DNA of 64,000 nt, taken from NCBI GenBank assembly GCA_021648485.1, contig JAKISS010000003.1, positions 3,988 through 67,987 of the forward strand. The letters are read 5' to 3'. Under the pieces are notes generated by a model. That model had not been told where the DNA came from. It saw only the letters and a program-made list of their open reading frames with translations, and made no database searches. This document shows positions 19,612 to 27,802 of this stretch, one piece after another (position 1 is the first letter of the stretch; every line of letters begins with the position of its first letter). This DNA is from Gammaproteobacteria bacterium (lineage in GTDB: Bacteria > Pseudomonadota > Gammaproteobacteria > SZUA-152). The translations under genes were made by a program, and so were the position numbers.

Positions 19612-20919
19612 ATGTCTAATCCCTGGGTCCGTGAATTGTGGCGCATGGTGGCGTTGTTTGGCGGCGCGCTGTTTGTGGGCTGGCTGCTGGGTGTGCCACA
19701 CGGCATGTTGACATCGGCCCTGATGGCTTATCTCGGCTGGCATCTCTATAACCTCCACCGACTGGAGCGTTGGTACCATCGGCGCAAAAAAACCGAGCCA
19801 CCGGGGGCTTCCGGTATCTGGGGTGAAGTCTTCGAGCACATTTATCAATGGCAGCGCAGTGATCGCCAGCGTAAAAAAAAGCTGGCGACGATCCTTTCGC
19901 GGTTCAAAGAAAGTACCGCCGCTATGCCCGATGCCACGGTGATACTCACCGAAGATGATTATATCGAATGGTTCAATAAAGCGGCTAAACGTTATCTGGG
20001 TCTGCAAAGCAAACAGGATATAGGACAGCGTATCGATAACCTGATTCGCCATTCACGCTTTAGCGAATTTCTTGCACGGGGTGATTTTTCAGAACCGCTG
20101 GAAATGGTTTCTCCGCTGGATGAACAGCGTTATTTTGCCTTTCGTGTCGTGCCCTATGGTAAGCAACACAAGTTGCTGGTGGTGCGGGATATCAGTCGTA
20201 TCAAACGCCTGGAGCGTATGCGCAGTGATTTTGTGGCTAACGTGTCACACGAATTGCGTACGCCGCTGACCGTGGTTTCCGGTTATCTGGAAAACATGGC
20301 GATGGACGACAGTGAACAGAGCAGGCAATGGGACAAGTGCCTGCAACAAATGCAGGGGCAGACACAACGCATGACCCGTTTGGTGGAAGACCTGCTGATG
20401 CTGTCGCGCCTGGAGGACGAAGATAAAACCACCGTGCGTGATCCTGTGGCAGTGTCTGTGTTACTGGCCTCGCTGGTGGAAGACGCGCGCGCGCTCAGCG
20501 GAGAAAGCCAACATCACATCAGCCTGGAAAGCGATAACAGTCTTTGGTTACGCGGCAGCGAAAAAGAACTCACCAGTGCTTTTTCCAACCTGTTATTTAA
20601 CGCCGTGCAATACACGCGGGACAAAGGTCATATTATCGTGCGCTGGTATCGTGATGGTGATAACGCCTGCTTTGAAGTGCAGGATGACGGTATTGGCATT
20701 GCCATTCAGCACGTACATCGGCTGACGGAGCGATTTTATCGCGTCGATGCCGGACGGTCGCGTGAGCATGGAGGCACGGGGCTGGGGCTGGCCATTGTCA
20801 AACATGTGCTTGACCGGCATGAAGCGTGGCTGGGCATCGAAAGCCGGCTGGGCAAAGGCAGCGTATTTCGTTGCACCTTTGCGTCAAAAATAGTGCTGCA
20901 TCATCAAGTCGTTGAGTAA
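19612..20919 (+). CDS. phoR: Phosphate regulon sensor histidine kinase PhoR
   Basis: N-terminal membrane anchor, PAS-like region, H-box FVANVSHELRTPLT, and HATPase_c blocks (DDGIGI, GGTGLGLAIVKH). Classical phoBR arrangement. Confidence 0.9.
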   Translation: MSNPWVRELWRMVALFGGALFVGWLLGVPHGMLTSALMAYLGWHLYNLHRLERWYHRRKKTEPPGASGIWGEVFEHIYQWQRSDRQRKKKLATILSRFKESTAAMPDATVILTEDDYIEWFNKAAKRYLGLQSKQDIGQRIDNLIRHSRFSEFLARGDFSEPLEMVSPLDEQRYFAFRVVPYGKQHKLLVVRDISRIKRLERMRSDFVANVSHELRTPLTVVSGYLENMAMDDSEQSRQWDKCLQQMQGQTQRMTRLVEDLLMLSRLEDEDKTTVRDPVAVSVLLASLVEDARALSGESQHHISLESDNSLWLRGSEKELTSAFSNLLFNAVQYTRDKGHIIVRWYRDGDNACFEVQDDGIGIAIQHVHRLTERFYRVDAGRSREHGGTGLGLAIVKHVLDRHEAWLGIESRLGKGSVFRCTFASKIVLHHQVVE

Positions 20920-20941
20920 ATATAACAAGGTTCATTTACTC

Positions 20942-20972
20942 GGGTGGAACAAGCGTAGCGGTTCCACCAAAC
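20942..20972 (+). repeat. REP-like element copy R3 (GGGTGGAACAAGCGTAGCGGTTCCACCAAAC)
   Basis: Exact match to the R1 core. It lies between phoR and pstS. Confidence 0.7.
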
Positions 20973-20992
20973 TACGATAAGTAGACAGATTA

Positions 20993-21010
20993 ATGTCACA
21001 CTATTGTCAT
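20993..21010 (+). promoter_or_regulatory. Pho box upstream of the pstS-like gene
   Basis: aTGTCACactaTTGTCAT has two TGTCA(C/T) direct repeats 11 bp apart, about 65–80 nt upstream of the start. Confidence 0.5.
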
Positions 21011-21073
21011 TTTTGCGCGCGATACTGAATGCACACAAACGGCATAATTTTAATTTCCGGAGTCAAAGAGCAC

Positions 21074-22072
21074 ATGAATACAACACGTTTTTGTATGAAA
21101 ACAATAATGGGGAAAACAGTTATTGGCGCGATTACCGCCAGTGCATTATTTGCCGGCGTTGTTTCCGCAGGAGCCAAACTGGATAAAGACCTGGCTGACT
21201 ATCAGCGTGCCAGTGGTGTATCCGGCAACCTGTCCAGCGTGGGCTCTGATACGTTAGCCAACCTGATGACATTATGGGCCGAAGAATTCAAGCGTGAATA
21301 CCCCAATGTTAATATTCAGATTCAGGCAGCCGGTTCATCCACAGCCCCTCCCGCGCTGACCGAATCAACAGCAGCCCTTGGCCCCATGAGCCGCAAAATG
21401 AAAAGCAAGGAAATCGCTGCGTTTGAAAAACGGTTTGGTTACAAACCGATGGCCATTCCCGTTGCGATTGATGCACTGGCTGTTTACGTACACAAAGACA
21501 ACCCCATCAAAGGCATGACCATTGCTGATGTTGATGCCATTTTTTCCTCCACCCGCAAATGCGGTGGCAAACAGAATGTGAGCAAATGGGGTGACCTGGG
21601 TTTGACCGGTACCTGGGCCAATCGCAAGATTCAGATATACGGTCGTAACTCCGTGTCCGGCACTTATGGTTATTTCAAGAAAAAGGCGCTGTGCAAGGGT
21701 GATTTCAAAAACAACGTGAATGAACAGCCAGGCTCGGCTTCGGTCGTGCAATCGGTGTCCAGCTCGCTCAACGGCATTGGCTATTCCGGTATCGGTTACA
21801 AAACCTCAGGAGTGAAATCGGTACCGCTGGCGAAAAAATCCGGCAAGCCTTTTGTCGCCGCCACCTCGGAAAACGCCGTCAGCAAAAAATATCCGCTGTC
21901 ACGTTTTCTGTATGTGTACGTGAACAAACACCCCAACAAGCCGCTGGCTCCGCTGGAATATGAATTCATCAAGCTGGTGTTGTCGAAAGTGGGGCAAGAA
22001 GTGGTGATAAAGGATGGTTACATTCCCTTGCCTGCCAAAGTGGCGGCAAAAACACTGGCCCGGATTCAATAA
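21074..22072 (+). CDS. pstS: PstS-family periplasmic phosphate-binding protein
   Basis: Signal peptide, GSDTLANLM...W...F....P.V.IQ..GSS and the PBP fold of phosphate-binding proteins. A Pho box lies upstream. No pstCAB follows. Alternative starts are at 21095 and 21107. Confidence 0.75.
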   Translation: MNTTRFCMKTIMGKTVIGAITASALFAGVVSAGAKLDKDLADYQRASGVSGNLSSVGSDTLANLMTLWAEEFKREYPNVNIQIQAAGSSTAPPALTESTAALGPMSRKMKSKEIAAFEKRFGYKPMAIPVAIDALAVYVHKDNPIKGMTIADVDAIFSSTRKCGGKQNVSKWGDLGLTGTWANRKIQIYGRNSVSGTYGYFKKKALCKGDFKNNVNEQPGSASVVQSVSSSLNGIGYSGIGYKTSGVKSVPLAKKSGKPFVAATSENAVSKKYPLSRFLYVYVNKHPNKPLAPLEYEFIKLVLSKVGQEVVIKDGYIPLPAKVAAKTLARIQ

Positions 22073-22149
22073 GCTGTTCTGTCTATCATGTTGGTTGAAT
22101 TTACGATGGCAATTTCAAGTCGTATTTGTTGCTTGATGATTTATTTTTT

Positions 22150-22325
22150 TGTAGGTTGGGTTAGGCGCATTTAGCACCTCAGCTTCAGATAACAACCATT
22201 ATCTTCCGCGCCGTAACCCAACAGTTCGCGGCCAACCTCCGACACTGATGTTGGGTTGCGATGCGCATTCATGGTCATTGCTCATTTTTTCAGATTCGTG
22301 CTCATGCGCATCTAACCCAACCTAC
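22150..22325. repeat. About 175 bp element bounded by a 20-bp imperfect inverted repeat (GTAGGTTGGGTTAGGCGCAT … ATGCGCATCTAACCCAACCTAC), with internal AACCCAAC/GTTGGGTT repeats
   Basis: Seen directly. It is intergenic, between convergent genes. A separate 9-bp-stem hairpin (AGCCCGGAT…ATCCGGGCT) follows at about 22333–22365. Confidence 0.4.
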
Positions 22326-22363
22326 AACGGGTAGCCCGGATTTATTCGCTACGTTTATCCGGG

Positions 22364-22981
22364 CTAATCCTCCCAGCGAACATAAATCAGCGCTGTGCGG
22401 GCATGGCTTTTTGCCCACACATCCACGCCAGCCAGCTTGTTGATCCAGCGAGCTTCGATTTCTTTAGCGCTTTCATCAATCACATGCTCAAGAAAAACCT
22501 TGAACAATAAGTATTTATTGTCCCAACCCACTTTTTTAGCCGTATTGCTCATGATTTCAAACTGGTTGGTTTTTGCATGTGTACGTTTTACGGTTTCGTA
22601 AACGTCCTTGACATAGGCCTGGGTGATGCGCACGTCTTCTACTGTGCCAACCTGAGTAAGGTGTCCGCCAACAAACACATCAAAGTCGTAAGCCAGAATA
22701 GCATCGAATATTTTCAGGTATTCATGAAAATTATGCGTTAAATCAAAATCCATGAACGGTACGTATCCCGGTGTCAATGAATCAATGACCATGAGGAATT
22801 TCCGTTGCGGCAAATAGAAAAATACATCATTTTCGGTGGAGTGGTAATTGCCGTGCTGGTTTAGTTGAATGGTTTCCGAACCCATTTTTACAACGTGATT
22901 TCCAGAGTAGGTTTCTGTAGGAGTGATGCGTCGAGGATCATTTTTTTCGGCTAAACGTTGCGCCACATGTTTATTGGCCAA
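22364..22981 (-). CDS. Hypothetical protein, possibly a fragment of a metallo-hydrolase-like protein; 5' end abuts the transposase left end
   Basis: 205 aa with weak His-rich motifs (HGNYHSTEND, GGHLT). The start codon is 10 bp from the IS-associated repeat at 22992. Confidence 0.35.
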   Translation of the reverse strand: MANKHVAQRLAEKNDPRRITPTETYSGNHVVKMGSETIQLNQHGNYHSTENDVFFYLPQRKFLMVIDSLTPGYVPFMDFDLTHNFHEYLKIFDAILAYDFDVFVGGHLTQVGTVEDVRITQAYVKDVYETVKRTHAKTNQFEIMSNTAKKVGWDNKYLLFKVFLEHVIDESAKEIEARWINKLAGVDVWAKSHARTALIYVRWED

Positions 22982-22991
22982 TACCTGTTAA

Positions 22992-23066
22992 GGGTCAGTT
23001 CTCGTATTGTAGTCTCTTCTCAAATGGTCTAGACATCAACTTATGGCAAGACCCCTACGTATTGAA
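22992..23066 (+). repeat. Left-end-like 75 bp sequence, copy 1; includes the start and first 8 codons of the Y1 transposase gene
   Basis: GGGTCAGTTCTCGTATTGTAGTCTCTTCTCAAATGGTCTAGACATCAACTTATGGCAAGACCCCTACGTATTGAA, about 90% identical to 25703..25776. Confidence 0.7.
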
Positions 23067-23879
23067 TTTTCCGGTGCCCTTTATCATGTGACCTCACGCG
23101 GTGACCGGCGAGAGGCCATCTTCGAAGATGATGAAGATCGTCAGATATTTCTGTACACCCTGGCGGAGGTTGTTGAACGATTCAATTGGCTTTGTCATGC
23201 TTACTGCCTGATGACAAATCACTACCATCTGCTTGTGGAAACGCCGGATGGAAATCTGTCCAAAGGCATGCGACATCTCAATGGCGTCTACACCCAGGCA
23301 ACAAACCGGCGTCACTCACGAAGCGGTCACCTGTTTCAGGGGCGCTTCAAAGGGATTATTGTCGATAAGGACAGTTATTTGCTGGAGCTGACGCGCTATG
23401 TCGTGCTGAATCCAGTTCGCGCTGGCATAGTACGGCAGCCAGGGAAATGGCCATGGAGCAGCTATTGCGCCATGACAGGTAAAACGCCGACACCGAGCTG
23501 GCTAGCCACAGATGGAATTCTGGCGCAATTTGCCAAACGCCGTACTACCGCCCAAAAGCGGTACAGCGAATTTGTGGCAGAGGGAATCAAGAAAGAATCC
23601 ATCTGGAGTGAATTACAGCAGCAGATTTATCTCGGTGATGAGAAATTTATTAAACGAGTGCAACGGAAAGCGAATGTACAAGGCGATGAGTCAAGTGTGC
23701 CGCGAGCACAGCGCAGAGCGCCTGCTCCTACGCTTGAGAAGATTGCCGCCAAACACCGTGACCGGAATAAAGCTATTTCTGTTGCGTATGCCACCGGGGC
23801 GTACAGCTACCGCGAGATTGCAGAATATTATGGTTTGCATCTTGCCACTGTGGGCAGGATTGTACGAGAAAAAATGTAA
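23043..23879 (+). CDS. Long-form IS200/IS605-like Y1 (HuH) transposase / RAYT-related protein with C-terminal extension
   Basis: The HuH motif (NHYHLLV), the catalytic Tyr region, and the pattern YHVTSRG.....IF.DD.DR..FL of the Y1_Tnp (PF01797) family. The ~120 aa C-terminal extension has a helix-turn-helix-like tail. Confidence 0.75.
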   Translation: MARPLRIEFSGALYHVTSRGDRREAIFEDDEDRQIFLYTLAEVVERFNWLCHAYCLMTNHYHLLVETPDGNLSKGMRHLNGVYTQATNRRHSRSGHLFQGRFKGIIVDKDSYLLELTRYVVLNPVRAGIVRQPGKWPWSSYCAMTGKTPTPSWLATDGILAQFAKRRTTAQKRYSEFVAEGIKKESIWSELQQQIYLGDEKFIKRVQRKANVQGDESSVPRAQRRAPAPTLEKIAAKHRDRNKAISVAYATGAYSYREIAEYYGLHLATVGRIVREKM

Positions 23880-23931
23880 CAATGCGAGAGCTGACCCTTT
23901 GGTGCTTTGGTTTTCGCTTTGGCTCTGTTGA

Positions 23932-24420
23932 TCAGACAGGTTTAGCCGTGGTGAGATCATAGCCCTGCCGCACTGGAGAACCAGCAGTATTAGTTTTATC
24001 GAATTGGGTATAGCTTATATTTAATTTAGAGTATGCCAAAGTGACTTCTTCTCTTGGTGGACCGCCATCACCCCCATCGGCAAATATTTTAAAACCGCTA
24101 ATCAAGCAGTCAAAAAGCTCGTATGTCATAAATTCCTGTAACGTATTACTATGAGTACGTACAAAATGTAGTATGACTTTTTTCCCTTCTGATGTTGAAA
24201 CAGAATCTTTAAAAAAGCCAAGTGTTGCAACATCAAACCCTTTCGTTAACACAATTTTCTCGAATTCCGGATGTGCCGATTCACGGTTTGCCATATGGCC
24301 CGGTATCATGCTTATTTTACGTTTAACATTAAAATTAAGCGATGATATATCAATTTGATTTTCATATCCCGCTGCAGTTACATTCCCGGGTATACCTTCA
24401 AATTCACAATATATGGACAT
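23932..24420 (-). CDS. hcp: Type VI secretion system tube protein Hcp (TssD), orphan copy
   Basis: About 160 aa. It aligns block-wise with the Hcp1 family: IDISSLNFNVKR~IDVLAWSWGMSQ, FEKIVLTKGFDVATLGFFKDSVSTSEGKKVIL~FTKYIDKSTPNLMMACSSGKHYPQAKLTI, QEFMTYELFDCLISGF~VEYLIITLKEVLVSSV, EEVTLAYSKLNISY~ENVTLNFAQVQVDY. No other T6SS genes are present in the window. Confidence 0.75.
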   Translation of the reverse strand: MSIYCEFEGIPGNVTAAGYENQIDISSLNFNVKRKISMIPGHMANRESAHPEFEKIVLTKGFDVATLGFFKDSVSTSEGKKVILHFVRTHSNTLQEFMTYELFDCLISGFKIFADGGDGGPPREEVTLAYSKLNISYTQFDKTNTAGSPVRQGYDLTTAKPV

Positions 24421-24581
24421 TTTTTTCACTCGTGAGAATTAGATTAAATTTGTCTTTTCCAATATTGCATTTTACTATAATTCCAACTTGCATTACTATC
24501 TCGTATGAAGATTAAGTAATATATGATCATTGTCGAATTTACCCGATTACAACCATTGTTCTAGCAGATTGTTAAGGTGTT

Positions 24582-25028
24582 ATGATTACTATTGGATCAA
24601 TTTCAAGGCTTGAAGCGACGAATATCTACCCTTTTTTAGCCAAAAAATATCGTGGCCGAAGAAAGGCTATAAAAGAATTTACCCATCGAGATCCGGATTT
24701 TGTATTTTGGATCTATCCCGATGGACGTCTTTTTGATGCTCGTGATGCACATAAAAAAAACATCCCAAAAGGATATGGTCATATTGTAAATGATGAACCT
24801 AATTATGGTGGTTTCTTACGCGGGCGTGTTGCGACGCTAGGCGATCATCAGTTAATTGTTGTGTATTGCTTAGAGGAGACTCTGTCGTCAAATCAAGAAA
24901 AAATTGAACAGTTCTTAACAGGTGTAAGTGAGATTCCTGTACCGATAATGGATGATGCACTTGTTATAAGTGACAATGCGGATATTTTTGGTACTATCAC
25001 GGATATACATGATAGCATCAATGATTAA
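24582..25028 (+). CDS. Hypothetical protein (AT-rich islet ORF A)
   Basis: 148 aa, low GC, no recognisable domain. It is divergent from hcp across a 150 bp AT-rich promoter region. Confidence 0.4.
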   Translation: MITIGSISRLEATNIYPFLAKKYRGRRKAIKEFTHRDPDFVFWIYPDGRLFDARDAHKKNIPKGYGHIVNDEPNYGGFLRGRVATLGDHQLIVVYCLEETLSSNQEKIEQFLTGVSEIPVPIMDDALVISDNADIFGTITDIHDSIND

Positions 25029-25152
25029 CTACGAAAAAGTATTGGTAGAATAGCTAAAAACCGGATCCGATTTGGTCTTTCTTTTTGGTGGTCAACAATA
25101 TCTCTCTACCTGACCAGCAACCAAAAAAGTTAGAGAGTAGGGAAGGAAAAAT

Positions 25153-25503
25153 ATGGATCCATTTAATATATTATATACGCAGGATTCAATTGACCCAAGT
25201 TTTCAGTCGGATAAAAGTATTCCATTTCAGTGGCGTGGCCGGCCAATCACGGAAGCCATTGACGAAGCAAAAAAATTGGGCCGATTACCTAGAGGACTTC
25301 AATTAAACGCCGTACGTGGCGGAGATGGGTGCTGGATTACTCTAAACAACCGAACTCTGTATGTTGCTCAACAAGCTAAATTAGCAAATGTAAGTCCCGT
25401 CGATGCTGGTACAAAAGGGTCCAATCAAATGACAAAATTACTGCGCAATGCGAGGCTTGCTGGTCCAGTTGAAACGATTACGGTGAGGAAAAAGAAAAAA
25501 TAG
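25153..25503 (+). CDS. Hypothetical protein (AT-rich islet ORF B); weak resemblance to a ParB/Srx-fold domain
   Basis: 116 aa. ..ITEAIDEAKKLGRLPRGLQLNAVRGGDGCWITLNNRTLYVAQQAKLANV loosely follows the ParB N-terminal pattern E.L.ELA.SI...G.LQPI.VR....Y.I.AGERR.RAAKLAGL. This is unverified pattern matching. Confidence 0.4.
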   Translation: MDPFNILYTQDSIDPSFQSDKSIPFQWRGRPITEAIDEAKKLGRLPRGLQLNAVRGGDGCWITLNNRTLYVAQQAKLANVSPVDAGTKGSNQMTKLLRNARLAGPVETITVRKKKK

Positions 25504-25702
25504 ACGCGATAAATTTTATTAAATGTATATGATAGACACGATTGCTATCACTACTACTACTACTAATAATATCCACTTAGTATACCTCGAAACAGAATCT
25601 CAAAATTATAGACTTCCAAGCCTTTAAAAATAGTCCTTTTCAACCATAGCAGAAAAATAGGGTCCTACATCACATAACAAGCTAATAGCTAAGAAGCGAA
25701 AG

Positions 25703-25776
25703 GGGTCAGTTCTCGTATTGTAGTCTTTTCTCAAATGGTCTAAGCTCAACTTATGGCAAGCCTCCTACGTATTGAA
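25703..25776 (+). repeat. Left-end-like 75 bp sequence, copy 2 (truncated duplicate of the Y1 transposase 5' end)
   Basis: About 90% identical to 22992..23066, including ATGGCAAG(C)C(T)CCTACGTATTGAA (MAS/RL/PLRIE). The reading frame collapses after 8 codons. Confidence 0.7.
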
Positions 25777-25822
25777 CCCCTTGGGGTTCTATTCCCCGCC
25801 GCTTGCGGCGTAAAATGTATGG

Positions 25823-26266
25823 ATGAGCAAGTATATCCATAAAAGTCACAATGTTACGGTATTAATCTATCATCTGGTTTTTCCAGCTAAGTATAGGCGA
25901 GCCGTTTTTGATGATAGTGTGGATAGGGTAGTAAAAGAAATTTGTTTGGAAATTGAGAAGCGGTATGAAATAAAATTTCTGGGGATTGGAACTGACAACG
26001 ATCATGTCCATTTTTTAGTGCAATCGGTACCAACGTATAGTGTGAGGAAGCTGGTAACGATGATAAAGAGTCTTACCGTTAGAGAGGTATTTAAGGAATG
26101 CCCGCAGGTCAAAAAGAAGTTGTGGGGAGGTGAGTTTTGGAGCGATGGATATTTTGCCAGTACAGTGGGAAGCATGGCAACGAAGAAATGATTGGGAAGT
26201 ATGTGAAGACTCAAGGTAATGAATACCAAAAATTACATTCGAATCATCCGCTAGCGCTTTTTTAGA
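25823..26266 (+). pseudogene. tnpA: IS200-type Y1 transposase tnpA with a -1 frameshift near codon 116
   Basis: The HuH motif DHVHFLV and the catalytic SDGYFASTVG are present. The intact frame stops at 26191 (…GSMATKK*). Shifting by one nucleotide in the GGG run at about 26167 restores the canonical C-terminus GKHGNEEMIGKYVKTQGNEYQKLHSNHPLALF*. Confidence 0.7.
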
Positions 26267-26461
26267 CGATGCTGCCAAATACCCCGTTTTCGAGAGAAAC
26301 GAGAAAGTCGAGCGTTCAGCGAGAGGGCTTGCCCGGGGGATGTTTATGGTTTTAATTGTAGAGAGTGATGCCCGCGCGGGGACAAAATGATGTTCTGCGG
26401 GCATACTCTGTATGAGCTGATATCAACATTATGGTTTGGTTGGTGTAACAGCCAAAAAAAT

Positions 26462-26773
26462 CTATTTGCTTTTGTTGTGTTCCAGCACGAAGGTGGTGAT
26501 TGCTTCTAACTCTGCACCCTTGATATTTGGAAAGGAGGGCATTCTCATGCTGCCCTGGGTTATTTTTGCTGAGACATAAGCGGCATTTGTATTTTCAGCC
26601 GTCATTTCCCAAAAAGTGGTTAACTCGGTTTCGTTGATAGACGCATGGCAGCCTACACAGGCCTGTGCGAAGATGTCCTTGCCTGATGCGCCTGCTGCTG
26701 GTGTGTAGTCCTTGGAGCCGGAACAGCCACTTAAAACAATAGCCGCCGCGGCAACGCATAATATTTTTTTCAT
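26462..26773 (-). CDS. Small c-type cytochrome lipoprotein
   Basis: A signal peptide with lipobox LSGC, followed by one CxxCH heme site (CVGCHA) and a downstream Met ligand region (SMRMP). Confidence 0.7.
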   Translation of the reverse strand: MKKILCVAAAAIVLSGCSGSKDYTPAAGASGKDIFAQACVGCHASINETELTTFWEMTAENTNAAYVSAKITQGSMRMPSFPNIKGAELEAITTFVLEHNKSK

Positions 26774-26952
26774 TTTTTCTGCCCATCCATATATTTTGTG
26801 AGTTTGATGATTGATTAATGGTTACCAATTTTATCAGGAATTGCAATGTGACGGGTGGTTTTTTCACCACTGGCAGCAAAGACAGAAATGAGTGAAAAAT
26901 ACGTCTGCTCTATAAGGGTAATTATGGATAAAAATGACGATGAGGGCTTGCT

Positions 26953-27426
26953 ATGAACCTGATTTTACGCATGATTGTCCTTTTGGTGGGATCACTTTTC
27001 AAACCAGACCTTCCGGTGGAAAGGCCCAAAAATGCGCTGAGTCTGAGAGTCCTTCCCAATGATATTGATATTAATTTGCATATGAACAATGGACGGTATT
27101 TGACAATATGCGATTTAACCCGGGTCGATATGTTTATCAGAACCGGGTTGGCTAAAACAATGATTATTGAAAAATGGATGCCGGTGATTTCCGAGCACAC
27201 AATGAAATATAAAAAGGCATTAACCTTATTTCAAAAGTACGAAATTAAAATGGAAGTAACCGGCTGGGATGAACGGTCGTTTCAAATGGTGCATACGTTT
27301 ATCGCAGGCGGCAGAGTTGTTGCGGAGGGGACTTCTCTGGGCGTTATTGTCAGTAAATCTGGTGTGGTGCCACCTGTGGATGTTATGGAAAAGGTTGTTG
27401 AGCGCCTGGGCAGAAAAAACACATAA
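26953..27426 (+). CDS. Hotdog-fold thioesterase family protein
   Basis: 157 aa. The pattern is consistent with 4HBT-like acyl-CoA thioesterases (N.HMNNGRY...D.....F.). Moderate confidence. Confidence 0.55.
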   Translation: MNLILRMIVLLVGSLFKPDLPVERPKNALSLRVLPNDIDINLHMNNGRYLTICDLTRVDMFIRTGLAKTMIIEKWMPVISEHTMKYKKALTLFQKYEIKMEVTGWDERSFQMVHTFIAGGRVVAEGTSLGVIVSKSGVVPPVDVMEKVVERLGRKNT

Positions 27427-27565
27427 TCAATTGTGGTGTGCCTGGAATAACACGCTTTGGGTAATCACCTGCAAGGTTTTTCATGTGCATGCAGCCTGAA
27501 ATGTGTGTAAATCCCATGCGGGAAACCGCTACCACTGATTCACTCTACGACATACAATAAGCATC

Positions 27566-27802
27566 ATGCCAACAGCTCATAAACACGAAAGCAGACACTG
27601 TCCCCGTTGCAATACAGAATTTGAATGCAAGGCGGGTTCAATTCTATTGTGCCAATGTCAAACAGTTTATCTGTCCCCGGAACAAACAGAGTACGTGAGT
27701 ACACAGTTTGATGGCTGTTTGTGCGTAACCTGCCTGCAGGCTTTACGCAGTGAATACAATTGCCGACAGCATCAGTGGCAGATATACCGGTTGCGTCACT
27801 GA
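27566..27802 (+). CDS. Cysteine-rich CWC-family small protein
   Basis: CPRCNTEFECK……CQCQ……CLCVTC cysteine pattern. 78 aa. Confidence 0.5.
   Translation: MPTAHKHESRHCPRCNTEFECKAGSILLCQCQTVYLSPEQTEYVSTQFDGCLCVTCLQALRSEYNCRQHQWQIYRLRH

Larger units (their letters stand above)
25700..26400 (+). mobile_element. IS200/IS605-family element (classic short tnpA), apparently inactivated
   Basis: Contains an IS200-type tnpA carrying a frameshift. The downstream GCCCGCGCGGG…GCGGGC hairpin-like sequence is consistent with an IS200 right end. Boundaries are approximate. Confidence 0.55.

Noticed and set aside
25551-25568. (ACT)x5–6 trinucleotide run; checked as a possible CRISPR or tandem-repeat array
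   Set aside because: It is a single short microsatellite. There are no spacer/repeat periodicity and no cas genes anywhere in the window.
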